Of a stretch of 64,000 nucleotides of DNA, positions 57,328-64,000 are shown in pieces. Location of the stretch: assembly GCA_029781935.1 (NCBI GenBank), contig JAKOVT010000470.1, forward strand, positions 22,247-86,246. The letters run 5' to 3'. This DNA is from Actinomycetes bacterium (GTDB lineage Bacteria; Actinomycetota; Actinomycetes; S36-B12; CAIYMF01). The first letter of the stretch is position 1. Every line of letters starts with the position of its first letter. Below the pieces are notes generated by a model. That model ran no database searches. It was not told the DNA's origin and saw only the letters and a program-made list of their open reading frames with translations. The position numbers and the translations under genes were made by a program.

Positions 57328-58083
57328 ATGCTGCTCGCGATCGACGTCGGCAACACCAACACCGTCCTGGGCCTGTTCGACGGCGACGAGCTGGTGCGCT
57401 CCTACCGGGTCAAGACCGATGCCCGCTCCACCGCTGACGAGTACCGGCTGACCTTCGACGGCCTGCTGCGCGACGACCCGGACATCACCGGCGTCGCCCT
57501 CTGCTCGACCGTGCCCGCAGTGCTGCGCGAGATGCGCGGCATGCTCGAGCGCTACTTCGTCCACGTCCCGCACGTGATCGTCGAGCCCGGCGCGAAGACC
57601 GGCGTACCCGTCCTGGTCGACAACCCCAAGGAGGTCGGCGCCGACCGCATCGCCAACACCCTGGCGGCGCACACGCTCTACGGCGGGCCCTGCATCGTCG
57701 TCGACTTCGGTACGTCGACGAACTTCGACGTGGTCTCCGCCAAGGGCGAGTTCCTCGGCGGAGCCCTCGCTCCGGGCGTCGAGATCAGCCTCGACGCGCT
57801 GGCCCAGCGCGCGGCCCAGCTGCGCAAGGTCGAGCTCGTGCCGCCGCGCTCGGTGGTCGGCAAGAACACCGTCGAGGCGCTGCAGTCCGGCGCGCTCTAC
57901 GGCTTCGCCGGCCAGGTCGACGGCATCGTGCGGCGCATCGTCGCCGAGGTCGGCGAGGTGCAGCAGGTGATCGCCACCGGTGGCCTGGCGCCGGTCGTCA
58001 TCCCCGAGTCGGAGACGGTCACCGTGCACCGCCCCGACCTCACCCTGCAGGGCCTCCGCGTCGTCTTCGCCAAGAACACCTGA
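57328..58083 (+). CDS. coaX: Type III pantothenate kinase
   Basis: IDVGNTNT, GADR, VDFGT, GG.LAPG, ATGG. Confidence 0.96.
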   Translation: MLLAIDVGNTNTVLGLFDGDELVRSYRVKTDARSTADEYRLTFDGLLRDDPDITGVALCSTVPAVLREMRGMLERYFVHVPHVIVEPGAKTGVPVLVDNPKEVGADRIANTLAAHTLYGGPCIVVDFGTSTNFDVVSAKGEFLGGALAPGVEISLDALAQRAAQLRKVELVPPRSVVGKNTVEALQSGALYGFAGQVDGIVRRIVAEVGEVQQVIATGGLAPVVIPESETVTVHRPDLTLQGLRVVFAKNT

Positions 58084-58113
58084 GGCCGCCCCGCGCAGCG
58101 GGACGGCCTCAGG
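58079..58113. terminator. Hairpin between convergent genes
   Basis: CCTGAGGCCG-C-CCCGC / GCGGG-A-CGGCCTCAGG. Confidence 0.65.
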
Positions 58114-58126
58114 GAGGGTTCTGCGA

Positions 58127-59065
58127 TCAGTAGGACATCGCGCAGGCCTGGACGGTGCCCGCGACCCAGTTCTGCTGGATCAGGAACTGCGTGCCGCCCC
58201 AGGTGACGTTGTACTTCGCGCCGTTGGTCGCGGTCGACGTCGTGCCGAAGGTCCACGCGCACTTGTCGGCGTTCTCCGCGCCGGCCGCGTCGTACCAGGC
58301 GTTGAGGTCGGGGTCGCTCGCCGCCTCCTCGAGCTCGTGGGCGATGACCGAGACCATCGCGTCGGCGCCGGCGTACGTCGCGCCGTTGGGGCCGACGAGC
58401 TGCTGGGCGCAGTTGGCGAGCTTCGACGACGGGTCGCCGACGAACGAGTACTTGATGTCGGTGGTCGAGATGGTGGCGTGGGTGTGCCAGCCGCAGTACT
58501 TGGTCAGGAAGCCGCTGGTCTCGGTGACGTCCTTCGCGGTGAGGACGAAGTAGACGCCGTTCGGGTCCTTCGGCAGCTTGCCTTTGGTGATCGCGTTGCT
58601 GACGAGGGTCTTCACGTTGGCGTCGGTGAGGCGCTTGCCCAGCGAGTAGGCGAGGTCCGACGTCTGGCCCGCGAGGGTCACCTTGTTGGCGACGCCGACG
58701 CCGGTCTTGTCGGTGTAGGTCGAGTTGGTGTTGTAGTACGGCGTACCCCCGATGCCCTGCAGCATCGTGGTCAGCAGCGCGGAGCCCTTGGACACGGGGG
58801 TGGCTGCGCCGTTGTCCCAGGCGCCGTACCAGATGACGTACGCGTTGACGCCGCCGGCGGCGTTCATGACCGGGCCGTTGTGGTAGGTGATCGGGTTCGT
58901 GGCGGTCGCCGTCGTGCGGGCGGCCTTGCCCTTGATCGGCATCGCCTCGATCTCGGCGCTGCTGCCGCCCTTCTCGCGGGGCGCGGCGGCCTGGGCGGCG
59001 GGCGCGGCGAGGGCGGCGGTCGCGAGGGCGACGGCGGCGGCGAGGGCGAACGTGGTGCGGCGCAT
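58127..59065 (-). CDS. Secreted Phi-1/EXORDIUM-like protein
   Basis: Signal peptide; ITYHNGPVM, YVIWYGAW, GVYFVLTAKDV, FLTKYCGWH, PNG...GADAMVSVIAHELEEAASDP..NAWY..ENADKC, FLIQQNW. Confidence 0.8.
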   Translation of the reverse strand: MRRTTFALAAAVALATAALAAPAAQAAAPREKGGSSAEIEAMPIKGKAARTTATATNPITYHNGPVMNAAGGVNAYVIWYGAWDNGAATPVSKGSALLTTMLQGIGGTPYYNTNSTYTDKTGVGVANKVTLAGQTSDLAYSLGKRLTDANVKTLVSNAITKGKLPKDPNGVYFVLTAKDVTETSGFLTKYCGWHTHATISTTDIKYSFVGDPSSKLANCAQQLVGPNGATYAGADAMVSVIAHELEEAASDPDLNAWYDAAGAENADKCAWTFGTTSTATNGAKYNVTWGGTQFLIQQNWVAGTVQACAMSY

Positions 59066-59235
59066 GCGTCTGCTCCGAGGTCGAGGAGGCGGGTCGGGCT
59101 GCGGCCCAGTGTGGGGCGGGTGCAGCGCACCGTAGCGGCCTCGTTGGGCCGAACGGGTGATGGTGCGGTCACATCCTGAACGCGTCGTGAGCCTGGGTCG
59201 GCGCCGCTGCCCCGGGGTGGGCCGAACGGCGGAGG

Positions 59236-60009
59236 TCAGGGCGCCGGCGACCGGTACGTCGCGGTCACGTACGGCATCTCGATCACGTCGCGACCGGCCG
59301 TGTCCGGGTGGGTCGCGAGCAGCTCGCGGACCTCGGCGTACAGCTGGTCGGCCCGCGGGGAGAGCCGGACGTAGGAGTACGTCGAGACCAGGTCGAGGAG
59401 GCCGTCCGGCGTCACCGGGACGGTGTGCGCGAAGCTCGCCCGCTCGACCGCGGGGAGGAACTCGCGGATCTCCTCGGTGCCCGCCCGCTCCGAGAGGTCC
59501 TGCGAGGACTCGGCCACCATCCGCATCGAGTCCTCGCCGCCGATGATGTCCTGCAGCGCGGCCATCCACGCGACGCGGGTGTCGCGGACGTTCCAGAGCA
59601 GGCCGATGATGCCGCCGGGCCGCAGCACCCGGCCGAACTCGGCAGCGGCGCGGGCGTGGTCGAACCAGTGCCAGGCCTGCGCGGCCAGGACGGCGTCGAG
59701 GCTGTCGTCGTCGGCCGGCAGCTCCTCGGCCGCGCTGACGACGGTGCGGACGCCGGGCACGCGGGCCGCGAGCTGCTCGAGCATCGCGGCGTCGGGCTCG
59801 TACGCCGTCACGTTCTCGGCCAGGCCGACCAGGGTCCGGGTCAGGGCGCCGGCGCCGGCACCGACGTCGGCGACGTCGCGCACCGGACGGGTCGCCCCGT
59901 CGAGCACCCACGCGACCGCCTCGACCGGGTAGCCGGGGCGGTGGTCGGCGTACGACGCGGCGGCGGCGCCGAAGGAGAGCTTGCGGTCGTCGAAGGTCGG
60001 GTCGCTCAC
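59236..60009 (-). CDS. Class I SAM-dependent methyltransferase
   Basis: [28 protein letters not shown]. Confidence 0.9.
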   Translation of the reverse strand: MSDPTFDDRKLSFGAAAASYADHRPGYPVEAVAWVLDGATRPVRDVADVGAGAGALTRTLVGLAENVTAYEPDAAMLEQLAARVPGVRTVVSAAEELPADDDSLDAVLAAQAWHWFDHARAAAEFGRVLRPGGIIGLLWNVRDTRVAWMAALQDIIGGEDSMRMVAESSQDLSERAGTEEIREFLPAVERASFAHTVPVTPDGLLDLVSTYSYVRLSPRADQLYAEVRELLATHPDTAGRDVIEMPYVTATYRSPAP

Positions 60010-60064
60010 GGCCCCGACGCTATCCCCGACGAAGCGCGCGCGGCCCCCCGATAGCCTTGCGCGC

Positions 60065-61582
60065 ATGACCGAGCAGCCCAGCAACCCCGTCGATCCCGAG
60101 GACGTCGTCGACGACGTCCCCGAGCAGATCCGGGTGCGCCGGGAGAAGCGCCAGCGCCTGCTCGACTCGGGTCAGCAGGCCTATCCGGTCCGCGTCCCGG
60201 TCACGCACACCATCGCGCAGGTCCGCGCGGCCCACCCCGACCTCGAGCCCGACACCGCGACGGGCGAGACGGTCTCGGTCGCCGGCCGCGTCATCTTCGT
60301 CCGCAACACCGGCAAGCTCTGCTTCGCGACGCTGCGGTCCGGAGACGGCACCGAGATCCAGGCGATGCTCTCGCTCGACAAGGTCGGCAAGAAGCGCCTG
60401 GCCGACTGGAAGAGCGACGTCGACCTCGGCGACCACGTGTCGGTCAGCGGCGAGGTCATCACCTCTCGCCGCGGCGAGCTGAGCGTGCTCGCCGACTCGT
60501 GGGTCCTCGCGGCCAAGACGCTGCGCCCGCTCCCGGTCGAGCACAAGCCGCTCGCCGAGGAGACCCGGGTGCGGATGCGCTACGTCGACCTCGTCGTGCG
60601 CCCGCAGGCGCGCGAGGTCGCGCGGCTGCGCGTCGCGGTGGTCGGGTCGCTGCGCGCGAGCTTCGCGCGCCGGGGCTACCTCGAGGTCGAGACGCCGATG
60701 CTGCAGACGATGCACGGGGGCGCCAACGCGCGGCCGTTCATCACGCACTCGAACGACCTCGACATCCCGCTCTACCTGCGCATCGCACCGGAGCTGTTCC
60801 TCAAGCGGTGCATCGTCGGCGGGCTCGAGCGCGTCTTCGAGATCAACCGCAACTTCCGCAACGAGGGCGCCGACTCCACGCACTCGCCCGAGTTCGCCAT
60901 GCTCGAGTTCTACGAGGAGTACGCCGACTACCGCGACATGTCGCACTTCACGCGCGAGCTGATCCAGGAGGCCACGCTCGCGGCGTACGGCTCGCTGCAG
61001 TTCACCCGCTACGACGGCGTCGAGTACGACTGGTCCGGCGAGTGGGACGAGGCGTTCGTCTACCCGTCGGTGTCGGAGGCCGTGGGCCAGGAGATCACGC
61101 CGGAGACCCCGATCGACGTGCTGCGCAAGCTCTGCGCCGACGTCGGCATCGAGCCGCACCCGACCTGGGTCGCCGGCAAGTACGTCGAGGAGCTCCTCGA
61201 GCACCACGTCGTCGCGGGCTTCACCCGGCCGACGTTCGTCTACGACTACCCCGAGGACACCTCGCCGCTGGTGCGCGCGCACCGCAGCATCCCCGGCGTC
61301 GTGGAGAAGTGGGACCTCTACATCGACGGCAACGAGCAGGGCACCGGCTACTCCGAGCTCGTCGACCCGGTCATCCAGCGCGACCGCCTCGTGGCGCAGT
61401 CGCTGCTCAAGGCCGGCGGCGACGTCGAGGCCATGCAGGTCGACGAGGACTTCCTGCGCGCTCTCGAGTTCGGCATGCCGCCCAGCGGCGGCGTGGGCAT
61501 GGGCATCGACCGGCTGCTCATGAACCTGACCGGGCTCAACATCCGCGAGACGATCCTCTTCCCGCTGGTGAAGCCGGAATGA
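60065..61582 (+). CDS. lysS: Lysine--tRNA ligase (class II)
   Basis: [41 protein letters not shown]. Confidence 0.98.
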   Translation: MTEQPSNPVDPEDVVDDVPEQIRVRREKRQRLLDSGQQAYPVRVPVTHTIAQVRAAHPDLEPDTATGETVSVAGRVIFVRNTGKLCFATLRSGDGTEIQAMLSLDKVGKKRLADWKSDVDLGDHVSVSGEVITSRRGELSVLADSWVLAAKTLRPLPVEHKPLAEETRVRMRYVDLVVRPQAREVARLRVAVVGSLRASFARRGYLEVETPMLQTMHGGANARPFITHSNDLDIPLYLRIAPELFLKRCIVGGLERVFEINRNFRNEGADSTHSPEFAMLEFYEEYADYRDMSHFTRELIQEATLAAYGSLQFTRYDGVEYDWSGEWDEAFVYPSVSEAVGQEITPETPIDVLRKLCADVGIEPHPTWVAGKYVEELLEHHVVAGFTRPTFVYDYPEDTSPLVRAHRSIPGVVEKWDLYIDGNEQGTGYSELVDPVIQRDRLVAQSLLKAGGDVEAMQVDEDFLRALEFGMPPSGGVGMGIDRLLMNLTGLNIRETILFPLVKPE

Positions 61583-62088
61583 GCCCGGCGACCCGCGTCG
61601 TCGTCCGCCCCGCCCGCACGGCCGACGTCCGCGCGATCCGCGGGCTCGTCGACACCTACTCGCCCGAGCGCCGCCTGCTCTCCAAGGCGACGGTGGCGCT
61701 CTACGAGGACATCACCGAGTTCCTCGTCGCCGACCTCGACGGCCACGTCGTCGGCTGCGGCGCGGTGCACGTGTTCTGGGAGGACCTCGCCGAGGTCCGC
61801 ACCGTCGCCGTCGACCCGAAGTACGTCGGCACCGGCATCGGCTCGGTGCTGCTGCAGGGCCTGATCTCGCGCGCGCGGGACCTCGGCGTCGAGCGGGTGT
61901 TCTGCCTGACCTTCGAGACTGAGTTCTTCGGCCGGCACGGGTTCGTGGAGATCGAGGGGACCCCCGTCGAGCACGACGTCTTCGAGCAGCTGCTGCGCTC
62001 CTACGACGAGGGTGTCGCCGAGTTCCTCGACCTCGAGCGCGTGAAGCCCAACACCCTGGGCAACCACCGCATGCTCCTCGTCCTCTGA
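61579..62088 (+). CDS. argA: Amino-acid N-acetyltransferase (short ArgA-like GNAT)
   Basis: [35 protein letters not shown]. Confidence 0.85.
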   Translation: MSPATRVVVRPARTADVRAIRGLVDTYSPERRLLSKATVALYEDITEFLVADLDGHVVGCGAVHVFWEDLAEVRTVAVDPKYVGTGIGSVLLQGLISRARDLGVERVFCLTFETEFFGRHGFVEIEGTPVEHDVFEQLLRSYDEGVAEFLDLERVKPNTLGNHRMLLVL

Positions 62089-62170
62089 CATGCGGGTCCC
62101 ACTCGGCTGAGTGCTCGCCTCGGGCCTCGAGGCGGACACTGGGCCGAGCGAGACCGGGAGGGGTGGGGTG

Positions 62171-63763
62171 ATGGGGCGGCGGATCGGGGTCGGGGCGTTC
62201 GTCGTCCTCGTGCTCGCGGTGCTGGCGGCGGGATTCGTGCAGGCGCGCGACGACTCCCCGACGTACGACGAGCCCGTCTACGTCTCGGCCGGCCTGCTCG
62301 CCCTCACCGAGCACGACCTCGCCTACAACGCCGAGCACCCGCCGCTGCCCAAGGCGATCGCCGCGATCCCGGTGCTGCTCACGCCGTACACGCTGCCGCC
62401 CGGCCACGCCGACGGCGCGAACGACGAGCGCACCTACTCCGCGGTCTTCATGCAGGCGCAGGGCGATGCGCTCGGCGCTGTCACCCTCGCGTCGCGGCTC
62501 GTCCCGCTCGTCGAGCTGGTGCTGGTGGCCGTCCTGCTCGTGATGCTCGGCCGCCAGCTGGTGTCGCTCGCGGGCGGCCTGGTCGCCGGCGCACTGTGGC
62601 TGGTGTCGCCGCTGACGCTCGGGCTCGGGCACCTCGACGGTGTCGACCTCCCCTTCGCCCTCGCCGTGTGCGTGTACGCCGGTGCGCTGCTGCACGCCCG
62701 CCACCACGACGACCGCCGCTCCACCGTGCTGCTCGGCGTCGCGCTGGGCCTCTGCCTCGCGACCTCGCCGCTCGCCCTGCTGCTCGTCGCGGTGACGCTG
62801 CCGCTCCTCGCCCTCCAGCGGCGCGGTCGCGGCGCCGTGCAGTGGCTGCTCGCGGCCGCCGTCGCGTGGGCGGTGCTGTGGGCGAGCTACCTCGTCCTCG
62901 ACCCGTCCGAGCTGCTGCACGGCACCTGGTTGCTGCCGACGCCGTACGTCGACGGGCTGCGCTTCCTCGCCACCAACAACACCGTGCCCGCGCACGGCTA
63001 CCTGCTCGGCCAGGCCTGGATGGGCGGGCAGTGGTGGTTCTGGCCGGGCAGCCTGCTCGTGAAGCTGACCACCCCGGTGCTGGTGGTGCTCGTGGCCGCG
63101 CCGCTGTGCTGGCGGTACGCGCCCGCCGCGCGCCGACGCGACGCGCTGGTGGTGCTGGCGGTCCCGGCGCTCGTGCTGCTCGGCACGGTCATGACCTCGC
63201 CGCGCGACCTCGGCGTGCGCTACCTGCTGCCGGTGCTCGCGCTGTGGTGCGCGGGCGCGGCCCCCGTGGTGCTGCTGCTCGAGAGGGCTTGGGCCCGTGC
63301 GCTTCTCGGCGTCGCCGCCGTCGCGGCGGCCGTGATGCTCGCGACCTCGCTGCCGCACTCGCTCGCCTACACGTCGCCGCCGTTCGTGCCGGCGTACCGG
63401 GTGGCCACAGACTCCAACGTCGACTGGGGCCAGGACCTCCGCCTGCTGCAGGAGTGGGCACCCGGCCGGTCTCCGTACGTCGCGTGGTTCGGGCCGCGCG
63501 GGACGTCGTACGCCGACGTGCCCGGTGCACGGTCGCTCGACGCGACGCCGGTGCGCGACGTGCGCGGCTGGGTCGCGGTGTCGGCGACGCGGCTGACGAG
63601 CGCCGCGCCCGAGCGGCTGTCGTGGCTGCGTGCCTACTGCCCGGTCGGCACGCTGGGCGGTTCGGTCCTGCTCTACCGCTTCGACGCAGCGCCCGTCGAC
63701 GGGCCCGGCCCCACCGCGCCGGCGCCGTTCTGCGACGGCGACGTCAGCACCCGCACCGGATGA
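62171..63763 (+). CDS. GT-C (PMT/ArnT-like) membrane glycosyltransferase
   Basis: SPTYDEPVY, EHPPLPK, many TM segments, GVRYLLP, DSNVDWGQD. Confidence 0.85.
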   Translation: MGRRIGVGAFVVLVLAVLAAGFVQARDDSPTYDEPVYVSAGLLALTEHDLAYNAEHPPLPKAIAAIPVLLTPYTLPPGHADGANDERTYSAVFMQAQGDALGAVTLASRLVPLVELVLVAVLLVMLGRQLVSLAGGLVAGALWLVSPLTLGLGHLDGVDLPFALAVCVYAGALLHARHHDDRRSTVLLGVALGLCLATSPLALLLVAVTLPLLALQRRGRGAVQWLLAAAVAWAVLWASYLVLDPSELLHGTWLLPTPYVDGLRFLATNNTVPAHGYLLGQAWMGGQWWFWPGSLLVKLTTPVLVVLVAAPLCWRYAPAARRRDALVVLAVPALVLLGTVMTSPRDLGVRYLLPVLALWCAGAAPVVLLLERAWARALLGVAAVAAAVMLATSLPHSLAYTSPPFVPAYRVATDSNVDWGQDLRLLQEWAPGRSPYVAWFGPRGTSYADVPGARSLDATPVRDVRGWVAVSATRLTSAAPERLSWLRAYCPVGTLGGSVLLYRFDAAPVDGPGPTAPAPFCDGDVSTRTG

Positions 63764-63775
63764 GCCCGGGAACGG

Positions 63776-63811
63776 GCGAGCGCCCCGGACCGCGGTGTCC
63801 GGGGCGCTCGC
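63776..63811. terminator. Perfect 15-bp-stem hairpin between convergent genes
   Basis: GCGAGCGCCCCGGAC-cgcggt-GTCCGGGGCGCTCGC. Confidence 0.75.
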
Positions 63812-63827
63812 TGCGGGGCGGTGACGA

Positions 63828-63998
63828 CTACAGCGTCGGGAGGAGCACGTCGCTGATGCCGTGGACCACCGCGTTCGGGGTCTTCACCACGTCGATCTTG
63901 CTCTTCACGACGTAGTCGTTGAGCCAGCGGCCGTCCTTGTCGCCGAGGATGATCACCGGGAAGGCGGCCGAGCGGGAGAGCACCGTGACCGACAGCTT
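63828..63998 (-). CDS. Partial fasciclin (FAS1) domain protein, C-terminus
   Basis: Hand translation ...IDVVKTPNAVVHGISDVLLPTL* matches the FAS1 H2 motif. Confidence 0.7.
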   Translation of the reverse strand, partial: KLSVTVLSRSAAFPVIILGDKDGRWLNDYVVKSKIDVVKTPNAVVHGISDVLLPTL

Positions 63999-64000
63999 CT

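Overview
This is a GC-rich actinobacterial chromosomal segment. The many very long ORFs in the track that are rich in R, A, G and P are shadow frames. Layout: (1) 1-8.1 kb is a general-stress island (two GT-B glycosyltransferase-like proteins, RsbW-like kinase, CsbD, SRPBCC x2, STAS, hemerythrin, DUF6328, topoisomerase IB and microproteins), studded with seven identically spaced GTTT-N15-GGG(T/A/C)A SigB/SigF-type promoters. (2) feoABC has an IdeR/DtxR box, followed by an MttB-family methyltransferase and a GcvT-family dehydrogenase, tandem repeats, amylosucrase and NlpC/P60. (3) The conserved ppa-dacB-(zinc protease)-tilS-hpt-ftsH-folEPBK block is interrupted by a 2898-aa sortase-anchored DUF11/isopeptide surface protein. 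(4) A two-component system, an orphan nuoD and a DUF222/HNH gene precede a 2.2-kb tyrosine-recombinase module (47.25-49.45 kb). In that module two divergent single-gene cassettes are bracketed by nested perfect inverted repeats (23 bp inner, 19 bp outer) that share an 8-bp core. This integron-like or shufflon-like architecture is the most novel-looking element. (5) The window ends with PH-domain genes, a MidA-like methyltransferase, panG-like/panC/nadB/nadC/coaX, a bacterial Phi-1/EXORDIUM-like protein, lysS, argA-like, a GT-C and a partial fasciclin gene. No rRNA, tRNA or CRISPR was recognised. All family calls come from motif recognition, not database searches.
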